Below, in pieces: positions 37,358-47,254 of a stretch of 64,000 bases of DNA; position 1 is the stretch's first letter; every line of letters starts with the position of its first letter. Under the pieces are notes generated by a model that worked only from the letters and a program-made list of their open reading frames with translations, made no database searches and was not told the DNA's origin. The DNA is taken from assembly GCA_012813795.1 (NCBI GenBank), contig GCA_012813795.1_4087.1. The stretch is one strand, 5' to 3'. This DNA comes from a phage. A program made the translations under genes and the position numbers.

Positions 37358-37359
37358 CT

Positions 37360-38322
37360 TTAGAAATCTTCGTATTCGTACCCTTTTTCAAGTACTATTT
37401 TTTTAAGCTTTTGAATAGCTTCACTATATTTTCGGTGCACAGATGAACGGGACTTAACAATGTTTCCTTTATCATCAACATATCCATTATCAGAAATTTC
37501 ACGAAGGGTTTCTGCTTTGTAATCCCCAAGACCATGAACACGCATGATAATTTCTCGTTCTTTAGTACTCAATTCGTCAATGATTTCTGTGATTGCATAA
37601 CGTAATGGATTACAAATGCTATCAACATTAAGGTTATAATCACGAGCAGATGAACTCAGAATATCCCCAAGGGTTCCGTCTGAATCTGAACCCAGTTGTG
37701 CATCAAGAGTCGTATATGCATTCTGGTATAACAAACAGTTCTTAACGTGCTGAAGCTCGATACCAGTACTCTCAGAGATTAATTCTGGTGTTGGTCGCTT
37801 ACCGTGTTCACGTTGATATGATTCATTAAATCGACGTACTTGGATGTTATGAACGCTCATATAACGTGGTAAGTACACCATGTAATTTGCATCTGAACTT
37901 TCATTATACATAGTCATATAAACGGACGTTGTTGCATATGTAATGAATTTGACATTCTTACTAAGATCAAAGGTTTTAAGTGCTCGCATAAAACCTTCTA
38001 CGCCATATGCAATTTTATCTTCAAACGGAATATAACATGTACACTTTGAAGCAACGTCAACAATCATACCATAGTTGTAACGAAGTAATAGGTCAGTATT
38101 CTTTTTTACATTAATCCCAGCACGAATCTCTTCTATGATAGATTCATTAGTTACACCTGCTGGACGTTTAATACTGATATTACTTTTACTACGAACTTTA
38201 TGTGGAATATCATCTTCAATAACTTCTGATGGTTCAATTGCTTCCAATGGATTGACTTCTTCATTCGCAAAACATTCATCCAGTACTTCTTCGGAAATTG
38301 CGTTTAAGTCTAGTTTCTTCAC
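37360..38322 (-). CDS. RNA polymerase sigma factor, sigma-70 family
   Basis: region-2-like GVEGFMRALKTFDLSKNVKFITYATTSVYMTM and region-4-like LSTKEREIIMRVHGL...TLREIS; GTG start 6 nt after AGGAG. Confidence 0.75.
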   Translation of the reverse strand: MKKLDLNAISEEVLDECFANEEVNPLEAIEPSEVIEDDIPHKVRSKSNISIKRPAGVTNESIIEEIRAGINVKKNTDLLLRYNYGMIVDVASKCTCYIPFEDKIAYGVEGFMRALKTFDLSKNVKFITYATTSVYMTMYNESSDANYMVYLPRYMSVHNIQVRRFNESYQREHGKRPTPELISESTGIELQHVKNCLLYQNAYTTLDAQLGSDSDGTLGDILSSSARDYNLNVDSICNPLRYAITEIIDELSTKEREIIMRVHGLGDYKAETLREISDNGYVDDKGNIVKSRSSVHRKYSEAIQKLKKIVLEKGYEYEDF

Positions 38323-38343
38323 TTACTTCTCCTAATGAAAAAA

Positions 38344-38841
38344 TCAAAATTGGTATACATTAATATTGTCGTCAGTATATTCATCGTGGTTTTTTACCTC
38401 TTTGAAAGTACTGAATATTTTTTGAAGTAGTGTGTCTTGGTTCTCATGCACAGCAGCATCAACCATGTACTCTCCACCACTTCCCATGAAGAATACATAT
38501 TCCTCATGCATGAACTCAAGGTACTTAAAAAACTTCCCGTTCTTTGTTCCTAAGTGAATACAATAATCTTTGGACAACAAGACACAATGGCAGTTCTCTT
38601 TTCTACTGGGCAGTACTATATCACCATATATCAAATACATCAAGACTTTATTGATTTCATTCACTGAACCTGCTGCACTAAACAGACGATCATGAATGTA
38701 TAATGATTTTTGAGTAACTACACCATATTGTTTTTTTGGTTTTAACGGGAATAATCCGAGAAAGTACCTCTCTGTAGAGGTTGTTACTCTTGAATCAGTG
38801 AGCAATAATCCAACACGCTTGTCAACATATACTGTAGTCAT
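38344..38841 (-). CDS. hypothetical protein
   Basis: 165 aa. Confidence 0.6.
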   Translation of the reverse strand: MTTVYVDKRVGLLLTDSRVTTSTERYFLGLFPLKPKKQYGVVTQKSLYIHDRLFSAAGSVNEINKVLMYLIYGDIVLPSRKENCHCVLLSKDYCIHLGTKNGKFFKYLEFMHEEYVFFMGSGGEYMVDAAVHENQDTLLQKIFSTFKEVKNHDEYTDDNINVYQF

Positions 38842-38842
38842 T

Positions 38843-39268
38843 CTACACCTTATCTAAGAATGCGGAATATATATCAATTTCTCTTCCTTTCAATACCTTA
38901 TCAAATGGGAAGGGATCTTTACTTCCAGTTAATATACCAAGTTTTGTGAAAAAATACAAGGCAATGAATTCAGTTATTTTGATGTTTTTCTTACTCTTAA
39001 CCAATTCTGCATAAGCAGAATTATAATCAAATTTTGTAGATGAACCATCAAATCCAAAATAGTGAATGTTGTAATTTTTTGAAAAGTTACTAACTGTCAT
39101 TCTTTCACATATCAAATCAATGGCTACTTTGGACCTACAATGCTTATTGAGTAAATCATAATTACAATTATTCAATGCCTCGTATATATCAAAAGACTCT
39201 TGAGCCAGTGTATGTACTTTAGGCTTAATTAGTTTACTTAGTAAGTACCTTATCTTTTTCAGAATCAT
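38843..39268 (-). CDS. hypothetical protein
   Basis: 141 aa; start overlaps upstream gene by 35 nt. Confidence 0.5.
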   Translation of the reverse strand: MILKKIRYLLSKLIKPKVHTLAQESFDIYEALNNCNYDLLNKHCRSKVAIDLICERMTVSNFSKNYNIHYFGFDGSSTKFDYNSAYAELVKSKKNIKITEFIALYFFTKLGILTGSKDPFPFDKVLKGREIDIYSAFLDKV

Positions 39269-39701
39269 AATAGTACTGCATCTCCGAAAGTAACATTACC
39301 TTATCAATATCAGGGAATGAATCAATAAGTAATGCTTTGATTTCATCCTTTAGCTCTTTGGCTTTTACAGACCATCCTTTGTAATAAGCTTGGAGGATGG
39401 GATCTTTCTTATGCATAGTATCTAATGCATTAACAGCGTAATCCACATGAAATGCAAGTACACCACATAGTTCTTCAATGTACTTCATCTTCATGTTATG
39501 AATATCGCGTTTAGCAGCGTTTGCAAGCACTGTGAACGCAGAATGCATATCACTAAGAGTATGTACTTCAAGTTTATAAAGGTCTTCACAAATGGCTACA
39601 ACGCGTTTTTCTGCCTTGGCTTGCTTAGAGTCTGCTTGGAAAAACAATTCAGACGGTGGATAGACCTTAGTTTTTTCTACCCATTGAACTAATTTATTCA
39701 C
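39234..39701 (-). CDS. hypothetical protein
   Basis: 155 aa. Confidence 0.6.
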   Translation of the reverse strand: MNKLVQWVEKTKVYPPSELFFQADSKQAKAEKRVVAICEDLYKLEVHTLSDMHSAFTVLANAAKRDIHNMKMKYIEELCGVLAFHVDYAVNALDTMHKKDPILQAYYKGWSVKAKELKDEIKALLIDSFPDIDKVMLLSEMQYYYDSEKDKVLTK

Positions 39702-39973
39702 AGTACACCCTCTTCAAAAGATTCAGAAATGATCAGAGCATCATCGTAGTCGTCAGCAACAGAACGTACTACATCTAAATTAGTTTTACCTTGAACACTC
39801 TTAACATCGTTCATGAGATAATTAAGATCTACTTTAGTAACTTTTTCAGAATCGAATACACAAAAAGTAAGTTCAGTATCAGGGCAAATGTTTTTAAGAT
39901 TATTAGAAATAACTTTTTTAAAATCAAAAGACGGAGAAGCAACCAGGTTTACTGCTACTAGAATAGAGTTCAT
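39698..39973 (-). CDS. hypothetical protein
   Basis: 91 aa; downstream of promoter 40014..40042. Confidence 0.55.
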   Translation of the reverse strand: MNSILVAVNLVASPSFDFKKVISNNLKNICPDTELTFCVFDSEKVTKVDLNYLMNDVKSVQGKTNLDVVRSVADDYDDALIISESFEEGVL

Positions 39974-40013
39974 TGTGTTTTTCCTTTTTGGTTTTCAATT
40001 AAAGTAGGAGTAC

Positions 40014-40042
40014 ATTGTACTCCTATATTTCAGTACTGTCAA
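40014..40042 (-). promoter_or_regulatory. family-B promoter TTGACA(GTACTG)-N17-TACAAT
   Basis: revcomp of tgtcaa 40037-40042 and attgta 40014-40019. Confidence 0.55.
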
Positions 40043-40046
40043 GTAC

Positions 40047-40298
40047 TTAGATACCTAAAACTGCATTTAGTTCTTTGCGTTTGTTAAAAGAATCTGATTC
40101 AATCTTACTTTTCTTATTGAACATTGATTCGATATCTTTGTAGATACCTTCGATGCTTTTAGTAACTACCCATTCTGATTCTTGTAACATACCTTGAAGT
40201 CTAGCGTATTCAACCTTAATAGTGTCACGTAGTTCTTGACATTGGACTTCATTTTTCTGTAAAGCTTCAGTTAATGATTTCACCACATCGAGATTCAT
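40047..40298 (-). CDS. hypothetical protein (predicted coiled-coil)
   Basis: 83 aa, charged. Confidence 0.5.
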   Translation of the reverse strand: MNLDVVKSLTEALQKNEVQCQELRDTIKVEYARLQGMLQESEWVVTKSIEGIYKDIESMFNKKSKIESDSFNKRKELNAVLGI

Positions 40299-40352
40299 AT
40301 GTGTCCCTCCTTTGTTTTGATAAAATAATTATATCCCTTAACACATTTTATG

Positions 40353-40778
40353 TCAAGATGTTTTTGTTCCTTCCCTTGCCTCTCGTTCAAGAAACTCTTG
40401 GATTATTGAATTTTGTCGTGAACGAACAACTATTGTCATTAACAAAAGTATTGATGATGCAACACCAGGAATGATCTCACCCATTTGAATGAAATAAACT
40501 GTCAGTAATGCAAATGGTACAATAGTTACTGAACTGATCGTTTTCCACCCAAAGTCATTCGCAAAGTTGTTTTTATCTTTCTCGTCATTATCCATTGCAA
40601 TTGTTAGTAACGTAATAAGAGCAGCCAAACCCGCACACAGGCAGTATCCAACAATAGCAATAGTAAACCACGCTGGATTAAGTACTGTACCAATCGAATA
40701 CTTTGTGCATAATACGTCAATTAGACATAAAATACCAAATGAAAAGGGAGCGAGTAATAGTTTATAGTATGTTCTCAT
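40353..40778 (-). CDS. polytopic membrane protein
   Basis: 141 aa, about 4 hydrophobic segments. Confidence 0.6.
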   Translation of the reverse strand: MRTYYKLLLAPFSFGILCLIDVLCTKYSIGTVLNPAWFTIAIVGYCLCAGLAALITLLTIAMDNDEKDKNNFANDFGWKTISSVTIVPFALLTVYFIQMGEIIPGVASSILLLMTIVVRSRQNSIIQEFLEREAREGTKTS

Positions 40779-41221
40779 TATAAATCTACCTTTGTTGTTG
40801 GAATTGACTTCCTACGTATCTCTTCCGCAGTTTGCATGTCTTCGTACTCCTGTGCAAACTTGTTTTGAACCGTTCGCATACGTTCAAGGACAATAAACAA
40901 AATCATTGCCATGCCCATATATGAATAGTATTCATAGTTCAAAGCATAAATGATACATGGAATGAACGGGAGTGTTAGATACCACCCATAGTGTTTAAAT
41001 TCAAAAACTACTGCATAGAAACGTCTTGCATCGTCTTCATCACTAAAGATCATAAAAGCACTAGAAAAAAAGACACCAAGAAAAAATAAAAGTGAAAACA
41101 CTGAAACTACTGTTTGGTACTTGTTATCATCTGTGACTTGAAAGAAGTCCAGTACTGGTAATGAAAACCAAGACAAAATACCAAGAAGATAAATGTATTT
41201 TACGGATTTGATAGAAATCAT
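40778..41221 (-). CDS. polytopic membrane protein
   Basis: start moved to Met5 (ATGA overlap with upstream stop). Confidence 0.55.
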   Translation of the reverse strand: MISIKSVKYIYLLGILSWFSLPVLDFFQVTDDNKYQTVVSVFSLLFFLGVFFSSAFMIFSDEDDARRFYAVVFEFKHYGWYLTLPFIPCIIYALNYEYYSYMGMAMILFIVLERMRTVQNKFAQEYEDMQTAEEIRRKSIPTTKVDL

Positions 41222-41676
41222 TTTAAACCCCATGCTTGTTTGATTAAGTTAATTTGACTTTGATTTACAACTTCTTTTTTAGCTGCCGCTTTTTCTACCT
41301 TATCCATCACATAAACTTGTGCATCTTTATCCAACATAAACTTACCATCAATCAAGTTACCAAATACTTTAGAATTTCGTGCTGGGTAAGGACCAATCTC
41401 ATCAATGGTTCGTACTTGTTTATCTACAATGGTCGCTTTAATGAATCCAGTTTCCAGTACTGTTGTCATTACTGTCATTTCAATTGCAACAGGTGAATCT
41501 TCCCAGTAAGCCACCCACTTGGTAAAGCCACGATCTTTATCAGATTTTGTCGCTTTTAATTTAATAGAAGCATTGAAAATGTACTGTTTGAAGTTTCCTT
41601 CAACCACTTCACTGATACTCAAGTACCCTTCACGTTGCTCGGTATTGCGTTTAAATTGGGTAGCTAATACTGTCAT
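41218..41676 (-). CDS. hypothetical protein
   Basis: 152 aa. Confidence 0.6.
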   Translation of the reverse strand: MTVLATQFKRNTEQREGYLSISEVVEGNFKQYIFNASIKLKATKSDKDRGFTKWVAYWEDSPVAIEMTVMTTVLETGFIKATIVDKQVRTIDEIGPYPARNSKVFGNLIDGKFMLDKDAQVYVMDKVEKAAAKKEVVNQSQINLIKQAWGLK

Positions 41677-41740
41677 GGTTGGTTCCTCATTAGATTATAA
41701 ATTAGTGTTGTGTTTCATTGGTAGTATCTTATCACTTCAC

Positions 41741-42205
41741 CTATAGCCTGTCAAGAACATCTGTAGTTTTATTTTGTAGTGCTTTTAGGATCAAACGAAT
41801 ATAGTACGGTGGTAAAACGAATCTTTCCATTGAGTTATATGAAAGATACATATCACTAAGTTTTAGTTCAGAACTGCTGTTACCTGGTTCTATAAAATGG
41901 ATCACCCCAGGATTTTTCATCACAACTTTGTATCCATTAACATTGTTGATAGCATTTCGACAAACCAGTTCAATGTTTGCTAAATCACTAATACTATAGT
42001 TTAGATTATATGATGAATGATATGAAGACACAACTAAAAATTCTTTGGGTAACAAATATGTCCAAAATAATGATTTAAAAAAAGCAAGATTTCCCTCAAA
42101 CTTAGATATAGATTTACTATATGCAATATGTTCAACATCATCAATGATAGAAAAAATCAATTGATATACAATAACAAATAGACTAATACATATCAGTGCT
42201 GTCAT
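41741..42205 (-). CDS. membrane-anchored hypothetical protein
   Basis: 154 aa, N-terminal hydrophobic segment. Confidence 0.55.
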   Translation of the reverse strand: MTALICISLFVIVYQLIFSIIDDVEHIAYSKSISKFEGNLAFFKSLFWTYLLPKEFLVVSSYHSSYNLNYSISDLANIELVCRNAINNVNGYKVVMKNPGVIHFIEPGNSSSELKLSDMYLSYNSMERFVLPPYYIRLILKALQNKTTDVLDRL

Positions 42206-42528
42206 TCATCAAACCCTCGTATGTAATTAAAAACTTCTACGCATTCTAATGTTTTTTCATCATCATTCATGTCATAGCCTTGAAGGAAATCTTCACGATC
42301 AACTCTCTTTGCCATCAAGTCAGTTTCTGAAATCATGGAATTGTAAAATGAAAACATATCCTTATAGTACTGCTTATTGTGTTGTTCATCCTTTACCTTA
42401 GCATAACCAGCACAATATGATGGGGATTTAACATCCTTCCATCGCACTTTATCAGCATAAACTGGATTGATGAAGCACGTAGTTAAGAATAGTACTGCTA
42501 CTATAGCCATGAAGCTCTTTAGCATCAT
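42202..42528 (-). CDS. small secreted protein (signal peptide)
   Basis: MMLKSFMAIVAVLFLTTCFINPVYA. Confidence 0.55.
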   Translation of the reverse strand: MMLKSFMAIVAVLFLTTCFINPVYADKVRWKDVKSPSYCAGYAKVKDEQHNKQYYKDMFSFYNSMISETDLMAKRVDREDFLQGYDMNDDEKTLECVEVFNYIRGFDE

Positions 42529-42767
42529 TATACCTCTTCGACAATAATATAGATTTCAACATCTTCACTGGAACTAAGATTTACTCTGTACTCAATATCA
42601 AGGATCTCGTACTGGGTATCATATGTATTTGTGATTGTCAGTACTGAACCAATAGATGGAAGTACTGGGAAATTCAATACATGTTGTACTGAACTAAATG
42701 AAAACTCTTTCTCACCGTTATATTGATTAGTAGTGTATTCATTTACTTCAATGTTACATTTAATCAT
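42528..42767 (-). CDS. hypothetical protein
   Basis: 79 aa. Confidence 0.5.
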   Translation of the reverse strand: MIKCNIEVNEYTTNQYNGEKEFSFSSVQHVLNFPVLPSIGSVLTITNTYDTQYEILDIEYRVNLSSSEDVEIYIIVEEV

Positions 42768-43348
42768 AGTGGTAGCTCCTGTAGTGGTTTAAGAATACTC
42801 ATAACTGGATGGTTCTCAATTAATGGACGACCTGGTACACCTGTTAATACTACTGGAATAGAACTAATGTCTTTTACGTAATTGAATCCCTCAAACGTAA
42901 ATTCTTGTTTTTTCTCATTATACAAGACCCACAGAATAACATCAGCTTTTTTCTGAATGTTTTTCAATTGTCTAGTACTGACACATGGACCAAAGTCTTT
43001 CCATGATTTATACTTAATACCTTTTACTTCTATACGCAACCCATTTACTTTAATGTCACATTCACCATCACGTCCATCACATTGGAATGCTGGATCAATG
43101 TTTAACTTAATACCAGTACTGGCTTCAATTTCAGAGAACAATACAAACGATGCGTGTTCACAAACCATTCCAACAAAATGACTATGAGCGTGATTAAACC
43201 CATAAGGTGATTTGTTTTCAGGTGCAAGAACTTGATATCGCTCAGACTTTTCGATTGCCTTCGCCATGAAAGAATCTGCTTCATCAGAGTATAGTTTCAC
43301 AGTCATCTTGCCATTTTTAACAATTAAACGATTTTCTAATACATTCAT
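42764..43348 (-). CDS. hypothetical protein, possible PD-(D/E)xK-like nuclease
   Basis: start moved to Met28 (AAGGAG RBS, downstream of promoter 43377..43404); D...EVK motif is weak evidence. Confidence 0.5.
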   Translation of the reverse strand: MNVLENRLIVKNGKMTVKLYSDEADSFMAKAIEKSERYQVLAPENKSPYGFNHAHSHFVGMVCEHASFVLFSEIEASTGIKLNIDPAFQCDGRDGECDIKVNGLRIEVKGIKYKSWKDFGPCVSTRQLKNIQKKADVILWVLYNEKKQEFTFEGFNYVKDISSIPVVLTGVPGRPLIENHPVMSILKPLQELPL

Positions 43349-43376
43349 AAAATACTCCTTTTCACTATTAATGTAC

Positions 43377-43404
43377 ATTATACTCAAAAATACAGGTCTG
43401 TCAA
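43377..43404 (-). promoter_or_regulatory. sigma70-like promoter TTGACA-N16-TATAAT (divergent region)
   Basis: revcomp of tgtcaa 43399-43404 and attata 43377-43382. Confidence 0.6.
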
Positions 43405-43469
43405 GGCCGATTTTCACCCTCATTATCATAAATATTTTATAAGCATTTCAACAATGAGGGGTTTGTTTT

Positions 43470-44627
43470 ATGTCTAGAACCATAGCTGATACCGGTGAAT
43501 ACAAGTTCGGTGAATGTGGTTATATCGTGGATGGTGCTTTACTAATCGATGGAACCAAATTAAAAAATATAAGAATTTACAGGCAGCGTAGTTATAAACT
43601 ATTTGATATTATAGATCCTGTAACAAACAAAATATATAGACGCGTACAAATTACTTCTTATGATAAGGTAGGAAATTTACTTAACTATAAAAAATCCGAT
43701 GATGAATTATTGGATGTTATTGCAAAGAATACTTTCTTTGTTCGTGGATACACTAATCATTTGAAACCTACAGATCCAACAGGGTTTGTAACTAAATTCC
43801 AATTACACAAAACGATATTTGGAAACTCCGATGTTACTTTTGATATGTACACACCAACTTGTTCAATTATTGATCGTGATATAGATAATATTTTAGTTAA
43901 TCCAGTTCATGTTGGGGATACTGAAATATCGGGTAAACTGTTCAATGCTGGACAAACCATCAACACAACAGGAATGACAATTACTGTAAAATTTTCAGAT
44001 GGGTCCGAGTATTCAACGAGTACAATAGTCAATGATGAATTCATTATAACAGTACCGGAAATTATGTCAACCGGAACTGCAACTATAACTCTTACGTCTG
44101 ATTTTTATAATACAAAAAGCGTTGATTTTAATATATTAGATGTTGGTGAGGATGACGGCTTAACCACTACTGTATCAGTAACTACATTCAGTACTGGGCC
44201 TGGTGATGTGTATAGTGCAAGAATCCCTGCTGATGTACATGGGCGTGGTAATAACTTAGCTATTCAGGTATATGATAATCATAATAATTTGGTATCTGCT
44301 GGCATTAATGTTAGCTCTACTGGTGATATTACAGTAACAATATATGATAATACACCTATAAAACTAAGTATATTGGGTAGTACATTACAAACATCTCCAT
44401 ATGTACAAAATGTCTCTTCTTCTGAATGGACACGCAATGGTGAAATGTATGAAATTAATATATCCAGTACTGGACACTTAAAAGAATTTGTTTTTGTTCA
44501 AGTATATGATAATAACAATGATGCAGTTCAATGTGAAATTCAGCTTGATGATGATGAGAATGTTACAATTACTTCTGTCGAAGCATTTGATGCAAAGATT
44601 GTAGTGTTTGGTTATAACAAACAATAA
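43470..44627 (+). CDS. hypothetical Thr/Ser/Asn-rich protein (385 aa); only + strand gene inside the - block
   Basis: ATG after GAGGGG; followed by bidirectional terminator. Confidence 0.65.
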   Translation: MSRTIADTGEYKFGECGYIVDGALLIDGTKLKNIRIYRQRSYKLFDIIDPVTNKIYRRVQITSYDKVGNLLNYKKSDDELLDVIAKNTFFVRGYTNHLKPTDPTGFVTKFQLHKTIFGNSDVTFDMYTPTCSIIDRDIDNILVNPVHVGDTEISGKLFNAGQTINTTGMTITVKFSDGSEYSTSTIVNDEFIITVPEIMSTGTATITLTSDFYNTKSVDFNILDVGEDDGLTTTVSVTTFSTGPGDVYSARIPADVHGRGNNLAIQVYDNHNNLVSAGINVSSTGDITVTIYDNTPIKLSILGSTLQTSPYVQNVSSSEWTRNGEMYEINISSTGHLKEFVFVQVYDNNNDAVQCEIQLDDDENVTITSVEAFDAKIVVFGYNKQ

Positions 44628-44654
44628 AAAAAAGCCTCCATATGGAGGCTTTTT
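44628..44654. terminator. bidirectional rho-independent terminator
   Basis: GCCTCCATATGGAGGC palindrome flanked by A-run and T-run between convergent genes. Confidence 0.8.
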
Positions 44655-44662
44655 CGTTCTCA

Positions 44663-45505
44663 TTACATAAAGTAATTGCGAATCACATATTCTAATGTTT
44701 TATCTTGGTGCTGCACTGCAACGGAATAAATTAGATTTTTAAATCCATCAATAGCAGCTTTCGATTCTTCTTCACCAAAATTCTTACTGATACTTTCGAA
44801 CATATCTTGTGCACGTTCAGAACTAACAACACTGTCAACGAATGCTGAAATTTCAGCACGCAACTGACGATCAAGCATATCACCAATCAGAATATCATCT
44901 GACTGTGAATCATCGTCGGTTTGTGCTGTGGTATCAGAATATCCAAAGATATCTTCAGATAGACCAAATTTCTTTTTAGCACCAGTAAATGCGGATTTCA
45001 CTTTAGATTTTACATCTTCTTTTTTGGAAGGTTGTTCTTGGGATTCAGGTTCTTCAGTTTCATATTCTTTTGTGAACATATGAGACAGCACTTGGTCAAG
45101 ATTATTAATCATACCATTTAACTTAGATTCTGCTGCGGCCCCCACGACTTTAAATGCTTCTTCATAAAGCTTATCTTCAGCCTTAGATTTTGCAGTACTA
45201 ACAGTTTCAGTGATTTTATCAGTACAATTTTTAAGAAGTTCAACAATTTCAGAAGATTTGCCATTTAGGATCTTATTGACCAACATATCCAACCCATCAG
45301 TTGGTTTGGATTTGTTTACTGGTTCACCATTTAATACCATTGCTAGTTCTTTTAGTGCAGCGTTAGATTCAAGACTAGAATCGAATTCTACCGATAACGT
45401 TGCCCCATTTGTCAACTCAATGACGAGATTATTGATAGACACATAAGAATGAGAATAAAGATCTTTATTGAATGATACAGTTTTGAATACGATAATGTTT
45501 GACAT
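44663..45505 (-). CDS. acidic hypothetical protein
   Basis: start moved to Met28 (GGAG RBS, just after upstream stop). Confidence 0.6.
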   Translation of the reverse strand: MSNIIVFKTVSFNKDLYSHSYVSINNLVIELTNGATLSVEFDSSLESNAALKELAMVLNGEPVNKSKPTDGLDMLVNKILNGKSSEIVELLKNCTDKITETVSTAKSKAEDKLYEEAFKVVGAAAESKLNGMINNLDQVLSHMFTKEYETEEPESQEQPSKKEDVKSKVKSAFTGAKKKFGLSEDIFGYSDTTAQTDDDSQSDDILIGDMLDRQLRAEISAFVDSVVSSERAQDMFESISKNFGEEESKAAIDGFKNLIYSVAVQHQDKTLEYVIRNYFM

Positions 45506-45515
45506 TTGAACTCCA

Positions 45516-45857
45516 TTAATTCCCAGACGCGGGAAAGTTTTTAAACATATAGTGACATTGTACCAGATTTTCGAAAGTAAGTCCAAAATCTAGAGTAACC
45601 ATCAGAGTTTGATATAAGTAATGACCAATCTCATTAGTTTCCGCATCTTTAAGATAGATTCCGAATTCAGTACAGCAAAATTGAACAACTTCATTATAAT
45701 CGATAAATTGTGATATTACAAGTACTTGGTCATATGAATTTGCATCAAAGCGAACCATGAACATTTCATTTGTTACAGGGTGGATAATAATACCACCCCT
45801 TGATATGACCTTTTCGTAATTATCACTCAAAAAATTAATTGTTGAGCTTAAATCCAT
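45516..45857 (-). CDS. hypothetical protein
   Basis: start moved to Met17 (1 nt after upstream TAA). Confidence 0.5.
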   Translation of the reverse strand: MDLSSTINFLSDNYEKVISRGGIIIHPVTNEMFMVRFDANSYDQVLVISQFIDYNEVVQFCCTEFGIYLKDAETNEIGHYLYQTLMVTLDFGLTFENLVQCHYMFKNFPASGN

Positions 45858-45858
45858 A

Positions 45859-46062
45859 TTATGCCTCGTTATAGAGTTTTCGTCCCGTGAGATGCTCATC
45901 TGCACAGAACTTCATTAAAAATGCTTTTTGTGAAAATCTCTGAAGCATTGAAACAGTTTCTTTTTTCATGTAAGCAATCTTATTGTCTACATCTAGCATT
46001 ATATCATGCTTTACGTTTAATTCCTGAATTGTTTTGTAAATTTCAAAATTTCGTTCTTTCAT
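45859..46062 (-). CDS. hypothetical protein
   Basis: start moved to Met4 ATG (track start is TTG). Confidence 0.45.
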   Translation of the reverse strand: MKERNFEIYKTIQELNVKHDIMLDVDNKIAYMKKETVSMLQRFSQKAFLMKFCADEHLTGRKLYNEA

Positions 46063-46372
46063 AGCCACCAAGATCCTCTAGTTCCCAAACAAGTTCTTTT
46101 GCTTCATCAATGTTATGGATGATTTGATAATGTCCAGAACTTGATGTTAGACGACTACCGTTTTGAGTAATGCAATAACCCCATGTTTTTGACTCATTAT
46201 GCATATCTCTCTGAAGTTTATATGGAGATTGTGGTTTCTTTTCTGCTATGTTTTCAGTATATAGGTCTTTTTCAATTTCCATACCACGAATGTGTGCATT
46301 CTTTTCAATACAACGGCAGATGATTATAGTAGCACAACATATTACAGTGATAATTATAGCATACATTTTCAA
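46043..46372 (-). CDS. membrane-anchored hypothetical protein
   Basis: 109 aa, N-terminal hydrophobic segment. Confidence 0.55.
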   Translation of the reverse strand: MKMYAIIITVICCATIIICRCIEKNAHIRGMEIEKDLYTENIAEKKPQSPYKLQRDMHNESKTWGYCITQNGSRLTSSSGHYQIIHNIDEAKELVWELEDLGGYERTKF

Positions 46373-46797
46373 TAACCTCTACTCTTACTAGTATGTTCAT
46401 TTATTGCATCTACCAGGTCATAACCCTGATAGTTAATACCATCAATTATAACTTTGTACTTATTACGTACCTTTGTGCCATCAGTTTTGGTCCAAATTGT
46501 GTTGTCTGGTGTAATAGATACAGTGTGATTTAAAATGAAATCAAACATCTGTTCCTTTGATAGTACTGTGACATTTTCAGTAATCATATCTACATTGATA
46601 CATTCACGAGTATGCTCAACACCTTCAAAAATGGCAACACCTTCGGTTTCTTTCAGTTTCTGTGCTTGAGCTTTAGCCGTTCCCATATCATCGGCATGAA
46701 CTGTTTCTGTACTGTATTCTACATTTAGTACGTTACCAGTATCTACGTCTTTCCATGTGTCACGAAAATGAACTTTAATCTTTGCTGTATTAGACAC
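46369..46797 (-). CDS. hypothetical protein
   Basis: 142 aa; ATGA overlap. Confidence 0.6.
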   Translation of the reverse strand: MSNTAKIKVHFRDTWKDVDTGNVLNVEYSTETVHADDMGTAKAQAQKLKETEGVAIFEGVEHTRECINVDMITENVTVLSKEQMFDFILNHTVSITPDNTIWTKTDGTKVRNKYKVIIDGINYQGYDLVDAINEHTSKSRGY

Positions 46798-47254
46798 GAC
46801 CGCTTACCTCATTTTCTTTCAATTTAGAACATACATAGAGAATAGCACCCAATTCGTCACGTGTCAAGTCCTGTAGGTCATATGCCACCTGCATCTGAAA
46901 GTAACTTTCATCACTAAGGTCAGTGAATTGGTCAACATTTTCTACATGCACAAAGAAGTTTTTGGGATCATCATTGTAATGTGAATTATAAGGTCTTATT
47001 GAAAACCCATGACTGTATATATCCAATACGAATTTAGCATTTAAATAGCCCTCTAAATCAAGAGATGCAAGAATCGAATTGGATCTTTCAAAAATGTCCA
47101 TGAAATTATTACGATAAGATCTTGCACAAATCAGTACATCACCGAGTTGGATATCAACTTTCTGTCCAGTCTTGGATTCAGCTAACCCAATGATGTACTC
47201 CATAAACCCAGGAAAATATTTCCTGGATTTAATATCTTTCAGTACTGGACGCAT
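46790..47254 (-). CDS. EExYFQ-motif family protein
   Basis: 154 aa; SDESYFQMQVAYDLQDLTRDEL. Confidence 0.6.
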   Translation of the reverse strand: MRPVLKDIKSRKYFPGFMEYIIGLAESKTGQKVDIQLGDVLICARSYRNNFMDIFERSNSILASLDLEGYLNAKFVLDIYSHGFSIRPYNSHYNDDPKNFFVHVENVDQFTDLSDESYFQMQVAYDLQDLTRDELGAILYVCSKLKENEVSGRV

